Source: Octopus bimaculoides (lineage: Eukaryota). Taken from it: a stretch of 64,000 bases of DNA. A model generated the notes under the pieces. The model saw only the letters and a list, made by a program, of their open reading frames with translations. It was not told where the DNA came from and made no database searches. The position numbers and the translations under genes are program-made. The DNA is taken from NCBI RefSeq assembly GCF_001194135.2, contig NC_068987.1, positions 58,903,644 to 58,967,643 of the forward strand, written 5' to 3'. Every line of letters starts with the position of its first letter. The first letter of the stretch is position 1. Shown here in pieces: positions 1 to 13,582 of this stretch.

Positions 1-2906
1 GGGCCACAACTAATAACCGTTTGTAGTAGAAGCGTGCGGGCATCAACGTCTATAATTTATTTCACTCACATCAGATATATTTTATTTGCTCCAGTGAGTT
101 GAGTATATTATTATAGTGCAAGAAGTTAGCGGATTACAAGCGGCACAATCTCCAACTAGCGAAGTGATTAGAAGTCCTACAAATCGAGCTAAACCTGCAT
201 TGCTTATAATAATAATAATAATAATAACGGGCGAATATTTAAATCGGTAACTTTTTACAGATTTCATCTGCAAACCACTGAGTAGAATACATGTTCGCAC
301 ATATCTGATGGGTTTGCTAACTCCGTAATCTGCCCAAAAATATTGGACAAATTCCAAACAGGAGAAAGCCACTTTAGAGCATGCCCCCACCCAACTCCTG
401 CAGATCATTTCCGGACTGAACTCTACTCCACGCTTAATCTTCCTTCTCAGCATTATCACAGAATATTTTTACCTGTGCGCCAGCAGTCTTCCAACTATAA
501 CATCACACACACACACACATATATATATGGCTCACAATGCAAACCGATACCTACACTGATGATGTGGTAAAAATCTCCACCAAGCTTCCTCATTCTTTTT
601 AGTCTGACATAGACAATTAAAAAAAAAAATTAACCCAACCAAGCAATTAAAAACATTTAAGCTAGATCTTCACTCTTGACTTATTCACACACCTGGGAGG
701 AGCTTAACCAATAGAAAAAAAAAATTTGCCTCGACCTTTGCAACGAACTGGAAAATGGAATAACATTTTTAGAGCAGGGCGGATTCCGTACATAAAAAAA
801 CAAACACTTCAAAAGTTTCCTATATTTCTTCTTCCCAACAAGTACTCTCTGATTCAGCGTAACATGTAGAATTGGAAAGTAAGACGGTTAAATATTCCAA
901 AGTAAACGAAAATATACAGCAGTGACACACTTATATCAACATAAATTAGTATGGGACTTTTAACTGCGCCAATGTATTATTCCTGCTCTTTGCTAACATT
1001 GTCCTGGATGCATAAGACTTAAAAATGCAGCATTGCTGCAAGCAGATAAATTAATATCTGATTAAATCATTACGATTATTGCATAATGATTAAAACCTTT
1101 TTTTAAAAGAAAAAGTTTAAATTTTGCAACGAGGACCAAAAAGATTGCAATAAATTGAAAGTGCATAAAAATCATTTTAGCAAATATAACACTAATTACG
1201 AATGCATTTTAATTTTAAAAGAAGCCTTAAATTTAAATTCAACTAAATGGTTGTGCAATATAGATTTAAAATACATTTTTTAATTGAATGAAGCAAGCAA
1301 CATAATTAGGCCGTTGATAGTTGTCAACAATTAAAATGGGGATGAATAAATAACTACTTATAAGATAATTAACACATTAAGTCTAGATAGATGGATTGAT
1401 GGCTCTGCGTATAGAAATGCAATTCGGAGTGAGTTAGGTGCTCTCTATAACAAACAGTAATGTAGAAACAAAATGTAGCTTATGAATGGTGTGAGCTGTG
1501 ACCTACCTTTCATCATGGTCAGAGGTAGTTAATTTGGTTTGCTTTATGCGATCCTTAATTGCTTGCAGATTTATTTTTCAACAGCAGACAAACAATCCTC
1601 TTAGGTATTTCTTAAAGTTATTTCCACCATTGAAAATATGCCAAGTTTGACCCACACACAATCAGCGCAGAAAAAAAACTGATAAACTTAGCTTAGCAAA
1701 TGATGCGCTTCTCTCTTTCTCTCTCTCTCCTGTCAGTATTTTTATGTTTCCCCTTCTTGAACTCTGTTCTCCGTTTCTCCTTCTCTCACTTCTTCTCTTT
1801 TCTCTCTCCTCTCACTCCACCTCTTTTTTTTTTTCTTTCGCTCACTATGTGTTATTCTTTTTCTTTCTTCCTCCCTTTCTCTCTTCCTTCCACTTCATAC
1901 ACACACATACGAACAGAGATATAGACCACTTACAAATAAAACGAAAAAAAAAAATTACTTGATGGACAATACGACATTTAAAGTAAAAGATTTACTACAT
2001 AAACAAGCATGAAAATTAAATTGAAATATTGCTGAAACATTATGCTCTCAGTTAGCAGCCGGATAATGGTAGATAAAAGGGAGTGCACACCAACTGACCC
2101 ACCTAGCCCCCCCTCCCCCCAGTTATTTGCATTATTCAGATTTTTTTATTTACTTATGCTTCTTTTTATTTTGTTATTCTTTTCTTTTTTGCTTCCGTAT
2201 AAAAATTCTTGGCAGCAGGTTATTATGAAACCGTATTGTAAAGCCTACAGCGATTGGTTACTTTATTAGTGCAAGGCTATTCTAGATGAAACCACATTTG
2301 CTATTAGCCAATAGTTACACTAATCATATTCGAGTTAGTAATCCCAGTTATCTGAATGATATTTCAGTATTTTGACTTGTATTTCAGTTTTAATTAAAAA
2401 TTTTATTGTTTTATTTTTGTATTTTTTCCCGTAGTAATGATAGATTTTTTTTTCTTTCGAGATACTAAAGTAACTTAGCTTAACGTATAAACAGCTGAAA
2501 ACTCAACACTCTCTTTAAAACCATCGACCACATGTAAAGGCGAACCGAACCCGGATGTTCCATTAAAGTCAAAAACCTCTACTACCACCCGCGTCAGCTT
2601 CTTTCACTGTGCATTGCAACACAAAAAATTTTGTTATCTTTGTTTCTCATGTCAGTCAGAATCTCTGAAGTGACTGATTCAATATTTTGAAAGTATTTAG
2701 TTATGTCCCTTTACGTTCTAAATTTAAATCCCTCTAGTTTTTTTTTTTTTGTTTGTTTTTTGTTTTTTTTTAAATTTTGTCTCACTTTCCAAAGGTTAAT
2801 AAAACATAAATACTAGTTAATTACTGATCACTATGATTGCCTATAATCTAAGTAAAATCCCAAATTGTGTAACAATTATGTTTTAAGAATATATGTATGA
2901 AATGTG

Positions 2907-2941
<35 letters not shown>

Positions 2942-4278
2942 AGTGTGTGTGTTCTTAAAACAGGACTGACGGGATTGCGATGTTTGTGTCCTTAAAAAAA
3001 TAAGAATATTTTACACTCTTTAGTTACTATCTCTGTCTCTCCACACACATGCACACTTGCTCACGCACGCACTATCTCGATTTTCATTCTTATGTCAGAA
3101 ACAATTGATTCCTGTATAACGTATATATATATATATATACATACATGCATATCAAAATGCTTACGTATATGCATTTTATATTTTCATGCATGCTAACAGT
3201 AAACGAATTTAAACTATTAGATATTTTAAAACTTGAAAATTTTAGCAGAACTTTCAAAATTAACATTTTTATACATGATTGCACAAGTGGAGGTTTTGCA
3301 AAGTTCAAGCTGTCTCACACACACACACACACAGGTACGTACGTTTGTATGTATGTAGAGGGGTGTGCCAAAGTAAATTTGATAAAAGGAGATTAGTCAT
3401 ATTTTTCAAGAAAAAGAAAATCCTATGCAAATAGATAATACACTTATTCTGTTGAGCCAAAACCCCGGTGGCATACATCAATTGGTTGTCATTGCACTAT
3501 GCCCATGACAAAGATAGTTGATTGTTTCAATTCGGCTGCATGCACGAATGTCATAAAATAGAGATAATACTACAAGCAAACCAAATAATAATAAGTAGTA
3601 GTAGTAGTAGTAGTAGCAGTAGTAATAGTAGTTCATTTCTGGTTGAGCCATATCAGTTCATTTTTCTCTAATCCCCCACAATTAGTAGGTCTAGGATCAA
3701 GTTTAACAACTAAGTCTTTTAAGGAATGAGTCACCTAGACCAGTGATGTCCAACCTTTTTGGCACCACAGACTGATTTCATGCAAGACAAGTTTTTCTAC
3801 AGACTAGGGTATCACACACATAACACAACACAATGAAGTGCATAATGCATAATTTAAGTATTACATATATATTACATATCTAATACATATATAATGCAAA
3901 AACACCTTACAGACTGCAATAGTTAATAAAATAGAAATAAAATAAAAAAAAATTATTTTTTGTATTCCAGTGTTAATGATTTAAATATGTATTAAATAAT
4001 GAATTAAAAGCAGTGCTAGTATTGCAAATACTATAAACTGCACATAGTCAATATATATCCTTTGTTTGTTTCCCAGTTTACTGTGGTATAGCACCTGGGA
4101 GATAACTCCTCAATTACTCTGGGTGTTAAAACACCTAAAAGTCACAGATAAGCAAAACGACTTACTTCTGATTGAATTCAGGAGTGATAGATACTGATAT
4201 TTTGTCATTTCTGTGGCTTATCAGCATTATGTACTTGAATCAAACTGGGGATGAATTAAATTGTCAGTCTATGACTAT

Positions 4279-4660
4279 ATATCAGGTCATTAAGAATGAA
4301 ATGCCCAATTTTGAACTGAAAGTTTTAGTTTACTTTATCTCAACAAAAAGCAATGCAGTTAATCAAAGTATGCACCTAAATTATCAACACAATTTTGCCA
4401 TTTTATTGGCAGTGAAGAATTCTGGAGAGCAAGAATGATGAAATCACAAAAGGCTGTTTTTGTATCTTCTTCAGATTTGAAGTTTTTTCCTTGCAAAAAG
4501 TTGTCTAATGCCTGGAAAACATGATAGTCAGTTGGTGCAAGGTTAGGTGAGTATGGTGTATGAGAGAGTACTTCCAAGTTCAGTCCCTATACCTTGAGTA
4601 GCGTTCTTTGTGCAACATGTGGTCATGCATTGTCTTGCAAGAGAATGATTGCTCGCCACT
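4279..4660 (-). mobile_element. Mariner transposase 3' fragment with TIR (pseudogene)
   Basis: ILLQDNA*PH...EVLSHTPYSPNLAPTDYHVF...KWQNCVDNLGAYFD. Confidence 0.92.
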
Positions 4661-4804
4661 CACCATATTCCTTTGCATATTGGCTAACTCTAATGAATGT
4701 AAAGTTATATAATCAGATTGTTACCTAACACTCCATTGTATTCCTAGGATGAAACCAATTGGTAAGGTTAGCTGTGATGGATATATAATACTGTACATTT
4801 TGGG

Positions 4805-4846
<42 letters not shown>

Positions 4847-5199
4847 CATCGTCATTTAACATCTGTTTTCCATGCAGGCCAGCTGAAGAGCTGCCCAGGC
4901 TCCATGTCTGTTTTGGCTTGATTTCTATGGTTGGATGCCCTTCCTAATTCCAAACACTTTACAGAGTGTATTGGGTGCTCTTACGCAGCCCCAACATGGG
5001 TGCTTTTATATGGCACCAGTATGAGGCCTTTTTACATGGCACCAGCATCTACAAGCCTGCAAGATTAGGAATGCTCAGCAGAAGAGGGATGCAGGGGACA
5101 ATGCCTGTATGCAAGGACAATCACAATTTGACTTAGCTTGATGTGTCTTCTCAAGCAAACCGCCAGGAGGCTCGGTCCCCTGTCATTTCCATTTGTACC

Positions 5200-5547
5200 T
5201 TGCTTGCTCATGGAAGATCAAAAGCAATCATGACTGAATGCATATCATGAACTGAAAGAACAGTCAGGGATGATCCGGATGTCTTTTCAAAGGTCATCAC
5301 TGGTGATAAAAGCTTGTGCAATGGAATTTGCAGAATGTGGAAGAGGTGAAGAAAAAAACAATGGTGGCATTAAAAGGGATCACTTCGCAAGAGTTCAACC
5401 ATTGCTCCAAACAGTGGAAAACGTGCTTGGACTAATGCATTGCTTCAAATGGAGATTACTCTGGGAGTGATATAAGTGTAAACATGTAAAACTAAGTGAA
5501 TAAAATAATATTGCAAATTTCTGGTTTCTTTTGGGTACCTCCCTGTA
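5200..5547 (+). mobile_element. Internally deleted mariner
   Basis: DDPDVFSKVITGDKS joined directly to C-terminal EVKKKT..LKGI..QEF..QWKT.LD.CIASNGDY; terminus ...GGGTACCTCCCTGTA. Confidence 0.75.
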
Positions 5548-5554
5548 TATGAAG

Positions 5555-5860
5555 ATGTGTGGCTTGGTAGTTAGGGCACTTGGTTCATGATCATATGGTT
5601 GTGAGTTCGATTCCCAGTGGCACGTTGTGTCCTTGAGCAAGTCACTTTATTTCATGTTGATCCTGTCCACTCAGCTAGCAAAAATAAATAGCACTTGTAT
5701 TTCAAAGGACTGGCTGTGTCACATTGAGTGTTACACCGAATATCTATCAGAACTATGTTAAGGGTATGCATGTCTGTGGTGTGCTCAGCTACTTGCAAGT
5801 TAATTTCATGAATAGATTGTTCCATTGAATGGATCAACTAGAACCCTTGTCATCACAACC
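5555..5860 (+). mobile_element. Diverged family A-related SINE
   Basis: tRNA-like head and shared 3' region (GCTACTTGCAAGTTAATTTCATG...GGATCAACTAGAACC). Confidence 0.7.
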
Positions 5861-8252
5861 GACTGAGGACCGATACGTAATACGTATCCAATGCAAAAAA
5901 CACTCTGCAGACTGTGATAGTCAATAAAATAGAAATATAATCAAAATTTGTTTTCTTTTCTGTGTGACCTGATACCAAATGATCCACAGCCAGCTGGTTG
6001 GAAACCCCTGACATATAGTATACCTTAGCTGAAACTTGGTAGTGTCCATTTGCAGTATAGTGGTCATATGTAATCTTGTACAAATACAAGAGCTGATAAG
6101 AATACTCAGCAATTATGTATATCACATTAAAAATGAACTTCAATCTTGCTTGCTTGCTTGCAATGTTACACAGCCAAACCGGCACATAATGGGGAAATAC
6201 TTTGAAAGTAAAATGTCCCTGAAGTATGAATGCAAATGGAATAAAACAAGTTTCACGTAAATCGGACCAGTGGTTATTGAGATATTCAGGGTTTGGGGGG
6301 TATAAATACCCAAAACAGTGCATAGTGGGAAAATACTCCGAAAATAACTTAACCCTGAAAGAGAAGAAACTCTGACCTTTCCATTAGGCACACTATGATG
6401 GGCAAAATATTCTTAAGTGAAAGTGACTTTCAAAATACAGTAAATATTTCATAAAAGACCTGTTTGTAACACTGGTGAGAAATAGTTTTTTTTCCATAGG
6501 TTTCTTTTGAGTGCATTCAAAATATCTCACCTCCAAAGATTTGGCTTCTATTTCTTGTACGCCCTGTCACCATTTAACAGCTATTTGCAATAAAGGGCTC
6601 AAAATACCTGTTACTTGGTAGCAGGGCGTGCAAGAAATAGCAGCCAAATCTTTCCTTTTCTTGGGAAAGGTGCCATTTACGCATGATTTCAATGTCACAT
6701 TCATTGAAAGCATGTGAAATAATTACGAAAAGAAAAAAAAGACCCATGAAACAAAACTCTGTTGCTGGGAAACTCAGACTTTCCTGGTACCTTGAATTAT
6801 TGGTGACCCAGCGGGTCATGGGTAGTCTTGTTTCATTTTAAATAATCTATTCGAGTAAAACATGGAAACTATTATTTTTACAGGTTCAATGGAAAGGCAC
6901 TCAGGAAATATCTATCAACTGTGAAATACAACAGTAACAGCAACAAAAGCAATGAAAAAATTTCTTTGGCTACATTGTATTGCTGCTCCTCGTTAGTTAC
7001 AAACAGAGAGTAGACAGAGTGGAAAACAGTATTCCTCAATTTTCCTAAGGGTGCTTTGCAGATGATCAGTGGCAAGATTTGCAATATTTGGTTCAAACTT
7101 TAATAAATGACGATGTAAATCTCCCCACTACATTGTTGTCATTTTGCTTTTATTCCTCCTCCTCCTCATCATCACCATCACCATCATCATCATCATCATC
7201 ATTTAACATCTTTCTTTCATAGTTTGGATGGTTCAACAAGATTTGATGGGTTAGAGGACTGTGCTGAACCTCTATGCTTTGACATTGAAGGTGGCACGTA
7301 AAATACACCATTTTGAGCATGGCCGTTGCCAGTACCGCCCGACTGGCCTTTGTGCCGGTGACACGTAAAAGCACCCACTACACTCTCGGAGTGGTTCGCG
7401 TTAGGAAGAGCATCCAGCTGTAGAAACTCTGCCAAATCAGATTGGAGCCTGGTGTAACTACCTGGTTCACCAGTCCTCAGTCAAATCGTCCAACCCATGC
7501 TAGCATGGAAAGCAGACGTTAAACGATGATGCTGATACTAATGATTTTACAGTGTATACTGGATGCTTTCTTTGAGACACCAGCATTAGTGAGGTTACCA
7601 TGTAACACACAAGACTAAAGAGCCTCCTTGACTGAGAAAGTATATTGTAAAGAGGAAGATAGCATTATACTAGGTGTTGAGATATTAATAAATGATAGAA
7701 GAACAAGAACAGATTTGTTGCTGTTGAGATGATATATAGCTACCCAACATCATACAAGGGTGGCTGGAAGTAATTAATGTAGAGCTGGAAAGAGAGATAA
7801 AGATAGTGGTGACAAGATATCAGGACATACCCTGAAGGTACAAGATTAAAAGAAGAGAAAGTAGGCACAAAAGACCAGTGCAACATATGCAAACAAAAAA
7901 AGACTCTGCAAAGTTCAGAGCTGTTGATTGGCATGTAATCCTACTATTCAGTGGTTTTGTATTTTCTACTTTTTTTTTCCACCAAATATCAGCAAAGATC
8001 AAAATTCAGATTACTGCAGTAAACATCTTCTTCCATAAGCTTGGATGAATTAAAGTAAATAAAAGATAGTTTGGCTTTATTTCACAATAAAGAATATTCC
8101 ATTTGCATTGTAATATCATTTCAACAAGTAATGATTTTCAAAACAAAACATCTTTAACATCTTCTTTTGTTTTAAGTCAATGATGGTCTCCAGTAGTTCA
8201 ATTTTTTTTGTTCTATTTTGCACACAAATGGGGCTTGATCCAGGTGCCTTAA

Positions 8253-8472
8253 CCCTATAGCATTTAAACTGGCCATATTAGACCCAAATATTCTACCTGT
8301 TATAGGTTCAAACAGGCTAGATCCAACTTCTTACACTTATCCTACAATGTCATTCGAAAAATAAACTATCACATCCTTAAAATATTGAAGCTACTGGATA
8401 ATTCATGATTAATTCAAAACAATGTGAATAAATAAGCATTAATTTTGACTGAGTAATCTGAATGCTAAAGGG
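8253..8472 (+). mobile_element. piggyBac-type MITE, 220 bp
   Basis: TTAA|CCCTATAGCATT...AATGCTAAAGGG|TTAA. Confidence 0.85.
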
Positions 8473-8584
8473 TTAAGGAATACTTTAACTAAAAGCTGGC
8501 AGCCATCATTTGTAATAAGAGTGTTCATTTATAAGCTTAAGAGCTCAAAAAACTGAAGTTGAGATTTGAGCTGAGCAAAATGAA

Positions 8585-10262
8585 TATTTGCGACAATGGA
8601 CTAAAGGGACACGGAAGTGTATGAGGTTTGCTATACCAATGGTATGGCAGGAGCCCTTTAATCACGTGGACGACTGCTATTTTTGTAACCTGAATTTGAA
8701 GAGCATTAACCGGAAAAATGAACAAACGCTTGTCTATCCTAATCTTGACTTTGATATTAGGCTGGTTCCACACAGTGAAGAGCTTCCTGTTCTTGTCTTC
8801 AATGTCTTGCCTCAGATAACTTTACCCTCAACAAAAGAAGATTCATCACCTGAAGACTTTACCTCAGCTATTCTCCCAGGTAGAGCTGGATGATCTAGTT
8901 CATGACTTGAACCTCCCAAAAACTTCTGCAGAACTGTTGGCTTCCCGACTGAAAGAGAAGAATCTTCTAGAGAATGGTATCCATATAATCTTTTATCGGA
9001 GTCAGCATGAAGACTTCCTTTCTTTCTTCACAAAAGAGGAAGAGTTGCTTTACAGCAGAGGTGTCAGTGAGCTTCTTAATAAACTTGGCATTGAGGAATA
9101 CAAACCAGAGGGATGGCATCTTTTCATAGACAGCTCTAAGCATAGTTTAAAATGTGTATTGTTGCACAACAGAAATGTGTATGGCCACTCAACAATTCTG
9201 AAGGAAAAATATGAAGAAATTAAATTGGTTTTAGAGAAGATACTGTATCATGATCATAGATGGGTCATCTGCATTGACTTAAAGATGGTGAATTTTCTCA
9301 TGGGACAGCAATCTGGTTATACCAAATACTCATGCTTTCTTTGCATGTAGGACAGTAGAGACAGAGTAAACCATTATGTTAAGAAAGGCTGGTTGCCTCA
9401 AACAAATATGGCTCCATTTAGAGCTGCCAACATATTGGAAGAATCTTTAGTTGAGTGAGATAAAATCTTTTCCCCCACCCCTTAGCACATCAAACTCGGA
9501 TTGATCAAGCAATTCGTCAAAGGTCTTGACAAAAATGGGGAGTGTTTCTGCAGTGTATTTCCAGACTTGATGATTGAAAAACTTAAAGCAGGGATTTTCG
9601 ATCGTCCACAGATCTATAAGCTCTTGAAGGATACACATTTTGTGAAAATGATGAGCAAAAATGAAGCACCAGCTTGGTTAGCCTTTGCAGAAGTAGTGCA
9701 AAATTTCCTTGGGAAACACAAAGTGAATACTATAAAGACCTTGTTACCAACTTGATATCAACTTTTCGTGATATTGGCACAAATATGAACATCAAAATGC
9801 ATTATCTTATAAGTTATCTTGATCGTTTTGTTGAAAATCTCAGAGATGTTAGTGATGAACAAGGCAAACGATTCCATCAGGACATCAAGATGGAAACATG
9901 GCACCAAGGACATTGGGACACTGTGATGATGGTAGACAATTCCTGGTGTTTAAAATGAGATACTCCTGTTGCTCAACATTCATGGTGCAAAAAGAAGTGT
10001 AAGTTTATTCCTTGAATTTTCTGCCAAAAATCTTTGCAAATGTGCATTTTCAATTTTCAATTTTTATTTGTACTTTGTTTTGTTTTGTGTTATGTTCTCT
10101 TTATTGATTCATATTATATGCCTCTTGTATGAATAAAATACTTACTCTATCAGGTCTAGTCAGAAAACTATACCAAGTTATTTTTGAATTTAGCAGACAA
10201 AATCACTAAAGAATTCATTGAATTATTCCAGGCACCAGACAAAAAAAAATTGTTGCCCAGTG
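8585..10262 (+). mobile_element. 5'-truncated Chapaev-type (CMC group) DNA transposon, transposase pseudogene
   Basis: FAIPMVWQEPFNHVDDCYFC; WHLFIDSSKHSLKCVLLH; ICIDLKMVNFLMGQQSGYTKYSCFLC; KMHYLISYLD..NLRDVSDEQGKRFHQDI; several stops and frameshifts; 3' end TTGTTGCCCAGTG|TAA. Confidence 0.75.
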
Positions 10263-12490
10263 TAATGTAGTCTAGCACTGCATCTCTTCCTACTCACCCC
10301 CACTATCTTATCACTCTCTAACTCTCATTAATCCCTTGACACTACTTTTCTTCTTTCCATCCCATTACTCTTTTCCCTAACACTGTCTCTTTCAATCTTA
10401 CCTCTACTACCCACCCTCATCAATGAATCTGTGTGATCCAATAAGAACCGTTTTGGACCCTGACAAACTGTCCAATCCAAGCAAGCCTACTGAGTAGATT
10501 GAATCCACCCAATCACCTTTACAACTTTGTCTCCACTTTTCTTTACACTGATCCCTAACATCACTCTTCTACTTCTTATCCCCTCTTTGTCTTCTCTGTT
10601 ATTTTCATCCCAACAGTGTTTCCTCTGTTATTCAAACCACCATCATCCTCTCACAACAATAAATCTGTTCCTAGAATTATGAAGGTTTTCTTTTGCCTTG
10701 TGAACTACAAGGTGATCCCACCTGAACTGATACTACCCAGTAAACTCTATACCTATCGGTGATCCATTCAAGCAGTGAAAACACAGGTATGAGTGTTCTT
10801 CAGCCTTGCTGGCACAAGGCAACCTCTTTAGTGGTGGTGCCACGAAAAATGTACTCATTACACTCATTAAGTGGTTGGTGTTAGGAAGGGCATCCAGTCA
10901 TAGAAACCATGTCAAAACTGAGACACTGGAATAGGATATAGTCCTTCATTCCACTGGATTGTCAAACCTTCCAACCCAGGCCAGCATAAAATACAAATGA
11001 TGATGGCAGTGATTGATTGATAAAAGTATGCATGCATGAGGGGCTTCAGCACAGTTTCTGCTTACCAAGATACAATCAAAATGTGTTCATAAATCCAAGG
11101 TTAAAATAAGACACTTGCCTAAGGTTTTGCATAATGAGACAAGACTTGGAATGACATGGTTGAAAAACAATCTCTTTAACCAAATAGCCAAATTTTTTTT
11201 TACTTATTTCCAACCTCAATAGTTACATCTCTGGTAGAATTTTTGTATGGCTTTACTTCAGAAGTGCTTTCATGCTTCACATAAAATAACCCTTCCACAC
11301 ATTTTATATATCATCTATTACAATACCTTATGTCATTTTGATGTTTAATCCAGTGTTGGTTATTTTCTCACAAGAGTTCTGTTATTGGGGGTAGATCTCC
11401 TTAAATGATTATTTGTATCATACATTTCTTCTCCTTCATCAGAAATGTTGAAGATGTTTCTTTGTGCTTTTCTTTGTTATGTTGATTTAAAATTTTGGCC
11501 CAAGTCCATCAAGTCCGGGGGAGGGAGTAAGTTGATTACATCAACCTCAGTGCTTGACGGATACTTATTTTATTGACCCTGAAAGGACAAAAGGTAAAGT
11601 CAACCTCACTGGAACTTGAACTCAGAGAGTAAAGATGGACGAAATACCACAAAGCATTTTGTCCAGCATGCTTACAATTCTGCCAGCTTTTTACTCTCTT
11701 ACATTAGCCACATGTACTAACACACTAAACACTGTATTCATTCATTAAATATCTGTTTTCTCATGCTAGCTTGGTTTAAATGGGGACTTATTTTAAAGCA
11801 GTATTATACAACTGAATACTCTACCTGTTTTCGTACATAAGGTATTTCATAAAATTGTAGTGGGTTTTCAGATGTCCCAAGTGTTCAGTCATAATGCTAA
11901 GAACAAATGTAAACATCAGAAGTAGTAGAATGGTCAATGCTTTGTCCTTTGTAGCTACATTCTGTTTCTAAATTCAACCAAATCTTTTCCTTCTCAGTTG
12001 TCTATAAAATAATTACTAGTAATATCCTGGCTTTGGTTCAATGGATTAAAGATGTGTGTCTTTGTGCTGCTACAAGAAATCAGTATAGTTGGAAGAGTTT
12101 TTTTTTTTCTGTTGAATATAGGATTTTTACTCTTACTTTTGGCCATGGTCATGTTCACTTTCCAATTATATGGTAATATGAGAGGAGGGAAGACAAGTAA
12201 CTTGTGTAGGCTTGGGTAGAGATTGTAAAAGGTTGATAGTAACAATAGAGACATTAGTCTCTCTCTATCACCTTTCAACAAAATTATATATTAAGAAACA
12301 GTAGAACAATTAACAACATAATAAAAGTAAGTTTTATTTTGGTGATGCTCAACTTTACAAATCCTGTGTCATTCAGCTTAGCAGCCGCTGGTTAATTTGT
12401 AATCGGCGTCTGGATATTAAGAGCTTCGTTGAGGCATTTCAGAGGAGCAAGTTGTTGTTACATCAAAGGCATCACGCTAAAGAGGCATAG

Positions 12491-12519
12491 AAAGCGCGCG
12501 AAGCGCTTTAAGTACTAGT
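12491..12519 (+). mobile_element. Helitron-like 3' terminus
   Basis: Hairpin AAAGCGC-GCGAA-GCGCTTT, then 5 nt, then CTAG|T. Confidence 0.55.
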
Positions 12520-12524
12520 TTTAC

Positions 12525-12625
12525 TATGCGTGCGCACTTGAGGGGCTTCCGGGAAGGCAAGTCCCTTGCGCATGCGTAGATTGTACTTTCTTAATGGCGG
12601 CTATAATTTCGCGCCACTACAAGAT
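12525..12625. promoter_or_regulatory. CpG-rich housekeeping-type promoter motif cluster
   Basis: NRF1-like TGCGCATGCG (12567-12576), ETS-like CTTCCGG (12546-12552), YY1-like AATGGCGG (12593-12600), ACTACAA (12616-12622) in an otherwise CpG-poor window. Confidence 0.45.
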
Positions 12626-13582
12626 TATTAGTAGTTAGCTAACTCTGCGGAGAAATGGTCATTCGTATACCAGCAGAAGAGACAAAATAAAGAAACATTG
12701 TAAATGTGGTATAGAGGAAGAACACATTGGAATTAAGAAGTGTCAACTATTCCAGCCTACCAAAACCAAAATAGCTGTTACTCATAACTTCTTGAAATCA
12801 TTTTAAACCATATTAAGCAAAAAGAATGGATTCTTGAAGTGGCTATGAGGCAAGAAGTTTACTTCTCAACCACATAGTTCTTGGTATAGTCCCACTGCGT
12901 GGTACCCTGGGCAAAGCCCTGTGAGTGGATATGGTAGATGGAAACTAATAAAAGCCTTTCACACACACGTTACCATATTTTCTTCCATAACTGCCAAATC
13001 TGAAGAGCACATGCTTACATAATCAAGCTGTTATCTCACATCCCATTGAACCCCTAGTGTGAAACCGATTGGTAAGATCAACTGCAGTGGATATATAATA
13101 CTATACACCGCTTTACAACCGGTGTTGGTCTCCCCATAACTAGTGGTTCAGCAAAAGGACCGATAGAGTGAGTACTAGACTTAAAAATGTACTGGAATCG
13201 ATTCCTTTGACTAAAATTTCTTAAGGCAGTGCCGCAGTCTAATGACAAAAGCAAGTAAACGATGAAAGATTTTGTATATATTTCATCAAAAATAAAGTTA
13301 CAAATAACGGTGCATATTATTTCCTTATAGTAACCACATTTTGGTTCGTTTCTGATTTTGTGAATCTAAATTATTTAACTTGAGCCTTTTCTTGTCATTA
13401 TTGTGGATAAATTGCAGAAGCGATAGAATAAAAATTAAAAGGAATTTTTTTTTCTGCTTTTACAAATTACACTAGTTGGATATTTAAAAAAAAAAGTTAG
13501 TTAATGAATTACCTCCCTTGTATTACATTAAAAGAACACAAGCAATAAATTATAAGTGCTTTAAGCAAACGTATTTATATAT

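Larger units (their letters stand above)
3741..6010 (+). mobile_element. hAT/Charlie-type element remnant(s) with nested insertions
   Basis: Termini CAGTGATGTCCAACC...GGTTGGAAACCCCTG; subterminal sequence resembles Charlie/MER1-type ends; 3890-3960 resembles 5890-5960. Confidence 0.6.

Noticed and set aside
82-570. Overlapping ORFs at the window start
   Set aside because: No recognisable domain or consistent splice structure
11994-12281. 95-aa ORF next to the promoter-like cluster
   Set aside because: TTG start, no motif, AT-rich noncoding composition
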